From assembly GCA_000004985.1 (NCBI GenBank), contig GG738850.1: 64,000 bases of DNA. One strand, given 5' to 3'. The notes beneath the pieces were generated by a model. It was not told where the DNA came from and ran no database searches. It worked only from the letters and a program-made list of their open reading frames with translations. Numbering within the stretch: position 1 is the stretch's first letter; every line of letters begins with the position of its first letter. Position numbers and translations under genes: made by a program. Of this stretch, positions 31,446 to 41,073 are shown piece after piece. The DNA comes from Naegleria gruberi (taxonomy: Eukaryota).

Positions 31446-34400
31446 ATGTTCAATCCTTTTAAACCAAAAAACGAGCCAGCAGAGCGCAAATGTATATTAG
31501 AACACTCTATTAACCAAACACTCTACACAATTGATGGTGAAACTTTCTTTAATGAATTAGAGGATGCATCTTCTACTATTCCTTTGGGAAATTATTCTTT
31601 CGATCAATACATCGATCCTTTAATAATAGCTCTTGGGCAACTCATCAATCCTTTTTCCTCACAACAATCCTCTCAGCATCAATTCTTTTTCAACCAACAA
31701 CTTTCTCATACTCCACTACCAACTACAGATCCACAGAAAGAACAGCAAATAATTTCAGAAGCACTAAATACTATCAAAACCTATGTTAATACTTGGACTC
31801 TTAAAAGTTTGAGAAAACACTACTTGCAAAATTATGCCACAGTGGATAAACTATTAATAGAGCTGAGAAGGTGTTTTGACAAGAATAATGTAACTCTTGA
31901 ACAACAAATGATAATATTGTACATTACGCACAAGTTTGCTATTGCTACCTGTGCTCCTCAATTAGTGATGGAGGTTTTAACTTATGGAACATTAATGTTA
32001 CCAGAAAAGAATACATCTCCAGCTGCTTCAATATTCTCCGAATTCATACCCACCAACATTTTAAAAGCAAAACTCCACAAACGAAACACAGGTGCAATAA
32101 TCACAAAAATTCTTGCGATCACATTAGAGTACTACGAAAAAAACTCAACATTTAAATTACTAGATACTTGGAAGGGAAAATTACTAATGTATGAAGAAAT
32201 ACCTTTCCTTATTACAAAGGATTTGAAAAGGCTATTTGAAACTATGAGGAGGTTTATGATGAGCAGAAATAATGGTTCAAATGGTGTGAAAGAAAAAGTA
32301 TCCAAGACAGCCATGAAATATCTTTACAATTTATTTGACAGAAACTTACTCAATTTGAATTGGATGAAATTATCTGAGGCTAATGACCAAATACTGAACT
32401 ATATTACATCAAATGGTATTCCAGATGAACTGCCCCATATGTTAACATTAGATTTCCTTATTGTAAAAGAAGGAGAGGCTGCTTCTATAATGAATTTAAA
32501 ACGAATTTTCTCAGAGAGAACTGATAAGGAAGAAGACATCAAACACTCCGTGTCTTCAGCTGCTCAGTATTTTTTACGTATTATGCATTTTTATCACTGC
32601 TGGATTGATAGAAACCACGATGTAAACAATTTCGTTCGTCATCATAACTTGAGTAGATTTAATTTCATCAAAGATTTCTTTATTTTGTCAACAGAAATGG
32701 TTCAGAATTTGAATTCAAAAAATTTATCTTTGGCTTTTATTGTACATGATCTGCGTTATTTTGAATGCTTGAAAGTCATACCACAGGTTCTGGAACGTTA
32801 TAGAACTACATATTATAATGACATTGAATCAGACTTATGGGTTGAAATGGAGAACTCTACACGTGCTTATATGGAAAAAGTTTCATCAGTGCATGAGGAT
32901 TTGATTTCGCATATGCAACCTGTTCAAATTAATATCGCTTTTGGTTTATTGAACAGTCCAATTCAATTACCAGCAGACTGGAAATTTAGGTCAATGAGCC
33001 TTCATTTGGGAAAGGTTAAAAAAAGTATTCAAGATATTGACACCAGCAGCACAAGTGAATTATTCGAGAAGATGAGCATTTCAGATTGTTCTGATTCAAA
33101 AGATAGTTTTTGTTCTAGCTTTCAGGAAGATCCATCTACAATGTTTTCAAGAATCTTCCCAGAAGACACACGAACTATTGAGCATATTGATCAAATTTAT
33201 TTTGAAATGTTTCTACACGACTACTACAGAGAAGAAAAGTATCCTTGGATTGAAAATCTTTGCAATGATCATGGCAAGAGACAAATCATTCTCTTTTCAT
33301 TGTGCTCTGTTTTGAGGATTTTATTCTTGCACTGTAGCCCAACTTCTACAGATACATTGCGTAGAATACATCAAGAAGTAGAAAACACAATTTCATACAA
33401 GAAAAATACTAACGACTACAACTCAGTCAGCCCTAAGGATTTGAAGAACCTTTTGAAAGATGTTTTACAACACACAGACCAATTAATGCAAATTTCTACA
33501 CTTAACGGCTACTACAAAACAATAGAAGAGGGACATACAATAGAGTATTACGCCCAGGAGAATGATGTATTCGAGGCCATTTTCCAAAAGAAAAATCATT
33601 TTACCGAAATGTTTAGACTTACGAGTTTGGCTCATTCATTTTCAAGACATCTCGATTATCTGTTGGATGAAAATATTAGAACAATTAACGCTCATGTTTT
33701 TTTAGGGTTTCCCCACAGAGACGTTTCGTTGGTGTTCAACTTAGAGTCTTGTGGTATTGAGGTTTTCCAGAGTATTATTTTCAAGCTTTTGAACATTCAT
33801 GCCAGATATACAAATGCTCACACAGAAAACAAGATTAGAGAGATAATTCAAAAATTGAATAGCCCATATTATAGAAACATTGTGATGAGGTGTGTAATGG
33901 AGGCTGCTGTACGAATTTATTTTGATAGAATGACTGGTGACCAAGAGATGTTTAAAAATAGTATGACAAGTCTGTCTAAATCCCAAGACAGCATGCTATG
34001 GTTTTATGAAGATATTTTAAATACTGGCCTCAAGGATTCTAGCATGACTAGTGCATTAATATCCCATGCAATAACAACTTTAAAGAGCTATTTTACAGAG
34101 CCAGGTAGAAGACTATCTTTTGACAGTAGATTGATTATTCTCTCAAACCCTAGTATATTTTCTTCCAAAGAGTGTGCAAAAGTAATAGCAAGTAGGCCTG
34201 ATATTATGGAGCTACTACTTCATCACAAGGTTGATTATTCCTCAGATTCTTTATTATATTACATGTTCAGATCTAGTATCCTCAAGTTGGCATATGAGCA
34301 TTCATTGGTTAATCCAGATATTTTAATTAATAATACTGATTATAGTACTACATTCAAGATGATTTTGGAACAGGGGCTTCGACAATTCAACCCAAATGAT

Positions 34401-36368
34401 ACTCAAGATTTCAACTCGTACTATGATGTCATTGCAACTTACTTTAGATCAGCAGCCAAGCAATCAGCACAAGAAATTCTATGGGGTAATATTATTGAAA
34501 GTACAGACAATATGTTGCTTTACCTTGCAAGATACTGGATTCTGCAAAAGCACCCAGAAATTTTAATAAGGAAAGAATTAAGAGAATTTACACTACCTTT
34601 ATCTGAAGTTATTGTTTACAAAGCTGATTACTACAGAAGGGATGTATTAAGTCCTCATTTGGGCAGTATAGTATTAGAGCTCATTAGTGACTTGTCGTCA
34701 GACAAGAATCTACCTCTAAAACCTACCACTTGGTTAATTGGTGCCGTAGAGGGTCTTTCTGAAAATTCAAATATTAATCAAGAGATTTTCTTTGATTTGT
34801 TTAAAGCTAGTATTAACAGATTGGCTAACAATGAAACCTATGTTGATTTGTTAGTATTGCTGTGCAGATTTTTAATCAAACGCTCAAACACTTGGGAGAC
34901 ATACCTTGGGCAAGTTGCTCAACAATTACAAAACTCACAACTTCAACATGATTTAGATAGGTTACGCCAAAAACTAGAAAATTCAAACATCAAAAACACA
35001 AGTATTACTCTGCACAAGTATTGCTTTGATCTATTCCAAATGGTTTGCATAGCCACAAGGAAAGTTACATTTTCAGATGCAGTTGATCTCTTGAATCAAA
35101 ATAGCCTCTCATTATCATCATCAAATTTATTTGATAGTAATGGAGAAACTACATTTTTCAAGACCTTTAATATGTTAATCCAAATCCTTAAATCTAACCT
35201 GAATTCCAGTTCTTCCATCTCTACCTTCTCCGAAACCTATTCAAATGTTCTTAAATATCCTTCTTCAGTAGCAATGAGGAATTTAAACACCTCTTCCCTG
35301 ATGCCATATTGTAAATATATACAACTCTTACTTGAATCTCCACTAGCATCATCAATCATAAGAAATACCAACTTTTCCCTTTTCTATTGTTCCAACTCCA
35401 ACTCTAAATTATTGCTAACTCCATGCATTAAGAATACTATTCCACTTGGCGAAAAGAAAAAAGCTTTGGTGGCTGAATTGAACATTTTTGCTGGTAAAAA
35501 TCAAGGAATCAGTTGCACTTCTGGCTCTCTATTCTTGTCTAAACCAGTTGTGACCAAGAGAACAGTTCCTTTAAATTACCAACAATTCCTAAGTAATCCT
35601 ATCACTGTATTTAGACAAAACATTAGCAATATGAAGTATACTCATACAGATGACTATTCCTACATGTTAGAAGTTGAAGGACTGTTTGATGATAACACTA
35701 GACACGGTATAGCGAATATTATTATTTTCAACCAAGTATGTGAACGTCTTCAACGTATTCTTCCAACTCTTGTCCTTCAATCAGATATAACTTCTTGTTA
35801 CTTTGTTATGGGTTGTTTACTTGGATCAAGTCTTCTTTGCAAATATTATTTGGGTCCACTCAATATAGACCAAGAAATACTGCAGTCATTTGTTGATGGA
35901 GTTAGTATTCCACAAGGATCACCCAAGTTTGAGATGGCTAACAGTTTTGTAACAGGTTTGAGAAGTGTGTTAGGAGATGATTTGGCTAATTTCCTTAAAG
36001 TATTTACAGCACAAGAGCTTATTTCTCTTACTTGTGATTGTAACACTATTTCATCCTTGGTTAATGAACTTCTTCATCAATATGTCGAAAGAGATGGAGA
36101 TGTCAATGAGGAAACATCAAAGCAATTTTTAAACTTGTTGGGAACTCTTTTGAAAGAAGATATATTTGTGGCAACATTATTATTAAATTATTTGGACGCT
36201 ATTGTTGCAGGTATGGAGGGCAGAAGATCATTCTCTTTGAATATTATCCCTCATGATTACAAAACTCTTCAAATCAATAGATCACACAAAACTGTTGACA
36301 TTTCAGTTTGCTATACAAAGGAAGAATTGAAACATATGATATTGACTGGTGTAAGAATTCAAAAATAA
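31446..36368 (+). CDS. Large (1640 aa) predominantly helical protein of unknown function
   Basis: ATG at 31446 and a single uninterrupted ORF with ordinary composition, flanked by short intergenic regions. I could not recognise a family-specific motif. Confidence 0.55.
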   Translation: MFNPFKPKNEPAERKCILEHSINQTLYTIDGETFFNELEDASSTIPLGNYSFDQYIDPLIIALGQLINPFSSQQSSQHQFFFNQQLSHTPLPTTDPQKEQQIISEALNTIKTYVNTWTLKSLRKHYLQNYATVDKLLIELRRCFDKNNVTLEQQMIILYITHKFAIATCAPQLVMEVLTYGTLMLPEKNTSPAASIFSEFIPTNILKAKLHKRNTGAIITKILAITLEYYEKNSTFKLLDTWKGKLLMYEEIPFLITKDLKRLFETMRRFMMSRNNGSNGVKEKVSKTAMKYLYNLFDRNLLNLNWMKLSEANDQILNYITSNGIPDELPHMLTLDFLIVKEGEAASIMNLKRIFSERTDKEEDIKHSVSSAAQYFLRIMHFYHCWIDRNHDVNNFVRHHNLSRFNFIKDFFILSTEMVQNLNSKNLSLAFIVHDLRYFECLKVIPQVLERYRTTYYNDIESDLWVEMENSTRAYMEKVSSVHEDLISHMQPVQINIAFGLLNSPIQLPADWKFRSMSLHLGKVKKSIQDIDTSSTSELFEKMSISDCSDSKDSFCSSFQEDPSTMFSRIFPEDTRTIEHIDQIYFEMFLHDYYREEKYPWIENLCNDHGKRQIILFSLCSVLRILFLHCSPTSTDTLRRIHQEVENTISYKKNTNDYNSVSPKDLKNLLKDVLQHTDQLMQISTLNGYYKTIEEGHTIEYYAQENDVFEAIFQKKNHFTEMFRLTSLAHSFSRHLDYLLDENIRTINAHVFLGFPHRDVSLVFNLESCGIEVFQSIIFKLLNIHARYTNAHTENKIREIIQKLNSPYYRNIVMRCVMEAAVRIYFDRMTGDQEMFKNSMTSLSKSQDSMLWFYEDILNTGLKDSSMTSALISHAITTLKSYFTEPGRRLSFDSRLIILSNPSIFSSKECAKVIASRPDIMELLLHHKVDYSSDSLLYYMFRSSILKLAYEHSLVNPDILINNTDYSTTFKMILEQGLRQFNPNDTQDFNSYYDVIATYFRSAAKQSAQEILWGNIIESTDNMLLYLARYWILQKHPEILIRKELREFTLPLSEVIVYKADYYRRDVLSPHLGSIVLELISDLSSDKNLPLKPTTWLIGAVEGLSENSNINQEIFFDLFKASINRLANNETYVDLLVLLCRFLIKRSNTWETYLGQVAQQLQNSQLQHDLDRLRQKLENSNIKNTSITLHKYCFDLFQMVCIATRKVTFSDAVDLLNQNSLSLSSSNLFDSNGETTFFKTFNMLIQILKSNLNSSSSISTFSETYSNVLKYPSSVAMRNLNTSSLMPYCKYIQLLLESPLASSIIRNTNFSLFYCSNSNSKLLLTPCIKNTIPLGEKKKALVAELNIFAGKNQGISCTSGSLFLSKPVVTKRTVPLNYQQFLSNPITVFRQNISNMKYTHTDDYSYMLEVEGLFDDNTRHGIANIIIFNQVCERLQRILPTLVLQSDITSCYFVMGCLLGSSLLCKYYLGPLNIDQEILQSFVDGVSIPQGSPKFEMANSFVTGLRSVLGDDLANFLKVFTAQELISLTCDCNTISSLVNELLHQYVERDGDVNEETSKQFLNLLGTLLKEDIFVATLLLNYLDAIVAGMEGRRSFSLNIIPHDYKTLQINRSHKTVDISVCYTKEELKHMILTGVRIQK

Positions 36369-36489
36369 ATTACTACAAATCCAAACAAGATGGAATCATG
36401 GTAAATGACACATTAGGTGCATATTTGATTGGAAAAAGGAGTGTTGCAAATTAGTGTTATGTATGAATCTCGAAAGGTAGTGCCAAGAA

Positions 36490-36562
36490 GCCGACATAGC
36501 TCAGTTGGGAGAGCGTAAGACTGAAGATCTTAAGGTCCCTGGTTCGATCCCTGGTGTCGGCA
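36490..36562 (+). tRNA. tRNA-Phe (anticodon GAA)
   Basis: The sequence GCCGACATAGCTCAGTTGGGAGAGCGTAAGACTGAAGATCTTAAGGTCCCTGGTTCGATCCCTGGTGTCGGCA differs from vertebrate tRNA-Phe at only a few positions, with a compensatory change in the acceptor stem. The anticodon loop is CTGAAGA. There is one U51:U63 mismatch in the T stem. A T-run follows. Confidence 0.8.
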
Positions 36563-36576
36563 AATTTTTATTTTTA
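36563..36576 (+). terminator. Pol III terminator (TTTTTATTTTT) after tRNA-Phe
   Basis: T5 and T5 runs lie directly 3' of the tRNA. Confidence 0.55.
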
Positions 36577-36583
36577 CAGTTTA

Positions 36584-37444
36584 TTATTGGTACTTGTGCT
36601 TTCTGTTTCTAACAAAATGAAAGAAATCAATACTAAATATCGAAATTCTCCAAGCATGTTGTCTATAAAACTTTTCCACGTTCTTATTTTCCTTAAACAA
36701 CTTTCTGTAATCTTCCCTTTCCAGCACTAATCGATATGATTTTTCATTAGGATATTGACTTTCGAATAATGGACAGAAGTAATTAAATACCTCATCTCTA
36801 TTACAGAATACTTTGAGAATGACATATTCTTTTGATCTCCATGAGACTTTGAACTCTTCCCAGTTGCCAGTCACTACTCCTCGATATTTGTGTAGAAAAT
36901 CATTTTGTGAGATTAGGCTGAATGTAGTTGAGCTGTGGTTGGTATGTTGTGCCTTCTCTTTCTTTTTAGGTGGGTTTAATTGATCGTTATCTGCAGTTGA
37001 AAGGATTTCGAATTTACGTTTCTTCAATGTTTGATTTTCCTCAACTAATTGACGTAACATTGTACTTTGAGTATTTAGTTTGGTTTCTAATAAACCAATC
37101 CTAGAGTTTAAAATGTCAATATGTGAATCATTTGCATTTCTATCATGTTGTTGTGCATTCGATAATGTACAGTTAGTTTGGTAAAATATTGGTGCAACGT
37201 TATTATATGCATGCAACATTTCGTTTCTTCCTTCGTATCCACTTGACATGCAAGCTCCATTGTGACACATGTTGAAAGTTGAATTAGGAACCACATGCTG
37301 AGCATGTCCATAATTGTGGCTATTCGAAACTGAATTATTTCCAATAAATTCACTAAAGCTTGGCAAAGTAAAGTTTTGCATTCGAATTCCTCCAACAAAA
37401 TCGTAATATACTAAACCCTCTTGTGTGTATTGTTTCGTTTGCAT
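36584..37444 (-). CDS. Hypothetical protein with central coiled coil (286 aa)
   Basis: ATG at 37444. It has a heptad-like segment (IDILNSRIGLLETKLNTQSTMLRQLVEENQTLKKRK). I found no family-specific motif. Confidence 0.4.
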   Translation of the reverse strand: MQTKQYTQEGLVYYDFVGGIRMQNFTLPSFSEFIGNNSVSNSHNYGHAQHVVPNSTFNMCHNGACMSSGYEGRNEMLHAYNNVAPIFYQTNCTLSNAQQHDRNANDSHIDILNSRIGLLETKLNTQSTMLRQLVEENQTLKKRKFEILSTADNDQLNPPKKKEKAQHTNHSSTTFSLISQNDFLHKYRGVVTGNWEEFKVSWRSKEYVILKVFCNRDEVFNYFCPLFESQYPNEKSYRLVLEREDYRKLFKENKNVEKFYRQHAWRISIFSIDFFHFVRNRKHKYQ

Positions 37445-37962
37445 GGTTTGATTTTTTTAAAAGGTTTTTGATATTTGTAAAATTGACAAAAACAGTTTCT
37501 GATAACTTTGCTTTCGGTCAGTCGGCAACACTGTGCGAAAACACGAAGGAATTTGCTTCATGATTTACTGGGCAACTACTTGTCAACAACATTCTTCATT
37601 AGGATTGTGTAAATTCTTGCAAGTTAATCAATTAGGAAATATAAACTTGTTATGTTAGTTTTGAGAGAATTGGAGGAATTCCTCCAATATTTAACATTTC
37701 CATTTCTAAGATATGAGACAGTGGTTAAGCAGGTAGCAATTTCATGAAGAAATTGTTGTTTTCATTCGATTCGCAACATTGTGTGAGACACAGAGCTGTA
37801 GTTGATTGCAACAGAATGTCTCAGAGTCAAGTTGCTGCCTTATTAATGCATGTCTTAATCATGTGGTTTATAATCTTTTTTTAATATATGGAGCTTAATA
37901 AAGTAGACGAATATGCATGGAAAAGGAAATGAAAAACTATTAAATTTAATTTATAAAAAAAA

Positions 37963-38784
37963 ATGTCAATGTTTATACAGAGTTTCCTCGTTCAGAGTCT
38001 TCTTTATCCACTCCGAAGAACACAATGGATTGAGCAATCGAATATTGATCATGATCAATTAAATAATTTAAATAATTTAAATAAGAATGATGAAATTCCA
38101 ATGATGGTCATTCTCTTGCAAAAACTAGGATCATCTGCATCACCATCACCACGATCATCATTATCAGTACTACCTGATGAAGCTGCTGAATTATTTAATT
38201 TATATCATGGTTATACAATGTTTGCTGTTGGACATGGATTGAAAGCCTTGTTGATGAAATTCTCGATGGGTCATCAGATGGCAACAATTATTACTCATCC
38301 GATCATGGTGGGTATTCATAGGGTTGGATGTGATCTTTCCAATACTAGAGAATGGAAAGAAGAATTGGGAAAGGTTATTACTTTGAATGGAATGTTTGGA
38401 GGATTATTTAGAGGAATTATTCCACAATTAATTGCTAATTATTTGGTGAATATTGTGAATAGAAGTAATGTTTTTAATGGATTGGTGATTCCTGGAATTT
38501 CTTATTATCCTTTTCTTGGGGAAATTTTCCCATTTGTGAAGAGAGTAATGATTGGAGTGGCTGCTGGTTTAGTTAGCTATCCATTTACAACTTTATCTTT
38601 GAGAATGCAAATGAATCCTGAAGTGGCAATGGGTGATATTATTTCAGAAATGACCAATGAAGGAATATCTGGAATATATGCTGGATTTTCCACTCATCTT
38701 GTTGCTAATATTCTCACTGCAGTTTTACACAAATTCTTGGATTTGGTTATTAGAAAACCACTCAAGACACAGAGATACTATTAA
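37963..38784 (+). CDS. Hypothetical membrane protein, possibly a divergent mitochondrial-carrier-like protein
   Basis: ATG at 37963. The repeated G(L/I)(F/Y)(R/A)G...P...A pattern (GLFRGIIPQLIANYL and GIYAGFSTHLVANIL) is reminiscent of mitochondrial carrier family repeats. The evidence is weak. Confidence 0.35.
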   Translation: MSMFIQSFLVQSLLYPLRRTQWIEQSNIDHDQLNNLNNLNKNDEIPMMVILLQKLGSSASPSPRSSLSVLPDEAAELFNLYHGYTMFAVGHGLKALLMKFSMGHQMATIITHPIMVGIHRVGCDLSNTREWKEELGKVITLNGMFGGLFRGIIPQLIANYLVNIVNRSNVFNGLVIPGISYYPFLGEIFPFVKRVMIGVAAGLVSYPFTTLSLRMQMNPEVAMGDIISEMTNEGISGIYAGFSTHLVANILTAVLHKFLDLVIRKPLKTQRYY

Positions 38785-38959
38785 TTATTAGTATTATTAG
38801 TTTTGTATGAATTGTAATCCATTAAACGAAAGCATTTCACTATTGGATCGTTTGATGGATACGAGGTGCCAGTTTTTCTTTTTCAGCACCAAGTTTTGAA
38901 TTAATAGAGTATTGTAACTACTTGCCAAATTAAGGTGAAATACAGTATTTACTGTATTA

Positions 38960-40141
38960 ATGAAACAGGAAATATTGATTCAATTAATATATATTATTAA
39001 CAAACACAAAAGAAATAGGCCCTCCAATAGCTCACTGTACAAACCTTCTTCATACAGCATTCACATGACGAATCAAGCTGCATCAACTTCCCTTAATAAG
39101 TCTGCAATGTTGAACACAAATTCCATCATGTCAATAATGAATCAAACACAACATTATCATTCATTGGCCGATCAGACTCTTGCTGGGAATGCTGCTTCTG
39201 AATTATTGACCAATAATAATAATATTCAACATTCCCAACAACAGAATGAAATCATGTCCGATGATGAATATAAACTCTTCATGTTGGAAATGAAGGATCT
39301 TCATCATATCATGAAGGATATGAATACCATTGGTGATGAGAGGGAGAATGCTAGTGAAGAGTGGTGGAATTCATTGGCTCTTAATATTCCTGGACCTTCC
39401 GAATCATCAATATCTTCATCTCCTAAGCAATCTTCCAATACTAACAATAATACAAGTATTAGTAGCAATAATAGTAATACTAATGAGGGTTTAAATATGA
39501 GCCTAATTAAAGCCTTTAACGATGAAAACCTTAATTTAAATAATAGCAATGATATTAATAATAGTAGTAAACGTGATGACGATTCCGATGATGAAGATGA
39601 TGAAGAGAACGAGGATGAATTATTAACTTTATCATCATTGGCAAAATTAAGGAAATTAATTCCCAGAATTCCAAAACTTATTCCACCCGATGAACATGGT
39701 GCAGAAAGATCGTCTTCCACCTTAAACATGCTCAATTTAACTTCTCCAAAGAAATCAAGTAATAATAGTAGAGGAATAGTCTCATTAACATCCGAAACTG
39801 AAAACTTGTTAAAATCTCCAAAACAGCAATTAGATTCTAAGAGGACAGATTTGTCTATACTTTTAGATAATGAACCTGGTGATCATTTTAATGTGTTTAG
39901 TTTATCAAATTCGCCCAAAAAGAGCACAACCTCGAAACGAAACTTTGACAATACATTAGAAACTTTGAGTAAGGTGTATAGTCCAAAGCAGAATAATATC
40001 AACTTGGAAACTATAACAATACCCAAGAAGGAATATGAGGATTTAAAAACTGAAAATGTTATCCTTCAGGGAAGATTAATTCAAATGGAACTAGTTCATG
40101 AAAAACTGTTACAAATGATATTAAACAATAAATCGAATTAG
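38960..40141 (+). CDS. S/N-rich low-complexity protein with C-terminal coiled coil/leucine-zipper-like segment
   Basis: A single ORF with ATG at 38960. It has an acidic DDSDDEDDEENEDE patch and a C-terminal heptad segment (YEDLKTENVILQGRLIQMELVHEKLLQMIL). Confidence 0.4.
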   Translation: MKQEILIQLIYIINKHKRNRPSNSSLYKPSSYSIHMTNQAASTSLNKSAMLNTNSIMSIMNQTQHYHSLADQTLAGNAASELLTNNNNIQHSQQQNEIMSDDEYKLFMLEMKDLHHIMKDMNTIGDERENASEEWWNSLALNIPGPSESSISSSPKQSSNTNNNTSISSNNSNTNEGLNMSLIKAFNDENLNLNNSNDINNSSKRDDDSDDEDDEENEDELLTLSSLAKLRKLIPRIPKLIPPDEHGAERSSSTLNMLNLTSPKKSSNNSRGIVSLTSETENLLKSPKQQLDSKRTDLSILLDNEPGDHFNVFSLSNSPKKSTTSKRNFDNTLETLSKVYSPKQNNINLETITIPKKEYEDLKTENVILQGRLIQMELVHEKLLQMILNNKSN

Positions 40142-40227
40142 TTAACATTTGAATAGGTTGAAACAATAACAACCATAAATACTACTGTTAAATGATATTG
40201 GCAACTTGATTTTGAATGTAAAATGAT

Positions 40228-40308
40228 CGCGGTCTACAGGACTCGAACCTGTGCGGGTCTCCCCAATTGATTTCTAGTCAATCACCTTAACCACTCGGTC
40301 AAGACCGC
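40228..40308 (-). tRNA. tRNA-Ser (anticodon AGA) with long variable arm
   Basis: The minus-strand sequence GCGGTCTTGACCGAGTGGTTAAGGTGATTGACTAGAAATCAATTGGGGAGACCCGCACAGGTTCGAGTCCTGTAGACCGCG closely matches vertebrate tRNA-Ser-AGA. The acceptor stem pairs perfectly. The anticodon loop is CTAGAAA. The long variable arm is type II. Confidence 0.85.
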
Positions 40309-40640
40309 TTCTCCTTAATGGAGAGCTTTACAAAAAATTGCATAATTCCCTCTTTTAACAGTACATTCTATAAATTCAATTCCAATATCACCAATAGGAT
40401 TGCGATTAATGTTGAGAATTTTCAATTTGGCAAGCTTACTCAATACTCGCCCTTCAAACTTGTTAAACTTTGTAAAGTGTTAATATTAATGACTCCACCA
40501 TTAACATTAGTATTTATATCAATAATCTATAGAAGGCAACAACAAAATATAAATCATTCATTGTATAAAATATACAACTCGTAATAGCAATATTGTAATG
40601 AAGAATATTTTTCCTCAGATTCACATAAGTTTCATAATTT

Positions 40641-41057
40641 TCAGAATTGGACACTGACTCGAATTCTGTCAAACTGTGTTGCCTTGTGAGAATACCCAGG
40701 ATCAATTCCAACGTTATATTTCATGGGTTGATAGTGTGCAACAAGTACCAACCTAATTTCATTAAGAACTACATGAGTAAGATGTGAACATTCTAACTCG
40801 AAAGAAAAATTAAACTTTCCCTGATTGACCAGTTCTGGAATTTCCTTGTTCACCCTTTCCACAATCTTTAATATTAATTCCGAGTGTTTTTCGAATAAAC
40901 TGCGAATTGTTTCTTGATGTGCAACTGAGCCATCAAATGGTGGTTTAGGTAAATTCAATTCCTCAATTTTTTGAACATCCAATTCTTTTGATTTTTTAAA
41001 ATTATTCAAAACAGCGAGTTGAATAATAATAATAATTGACAGAAGTAAATCTTTCAT
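40641..41057 (-). CDS. Small predicted secreted protein (138 aa) of unknown function
   Basis: ATG at 41057 and an N-terminal hydrophobic signal-like segment (MKDLLLSIIIIIQLAVLN). Confidence 0.4.
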   Translation of the reverse strand: MKDLLLSIIIIIQLAVLNNFKKSKELDVQKIEELNLPKPPFDGSVAHQETIRSLFEKHSELILKIVERVNKEIPELVNQGKFNFSFELECSHLTHVVLNEIRLVLVAHYQPMKYNVGIDPGYSHKATQFDRIRVSVQF

Positions 41058-41073
41058 GTTTTTTAATTATTAA

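Noticed and set aside
37500-37800. Two copies of a GCAACAYTGTGYGARACAC-like motif about 245 bp apart in the 36584/37963 intergenic region
   Set aside because: They are short and imperfect. This could be chance in 500 bp of intergenic DNA. It was noted but not called as a feature.
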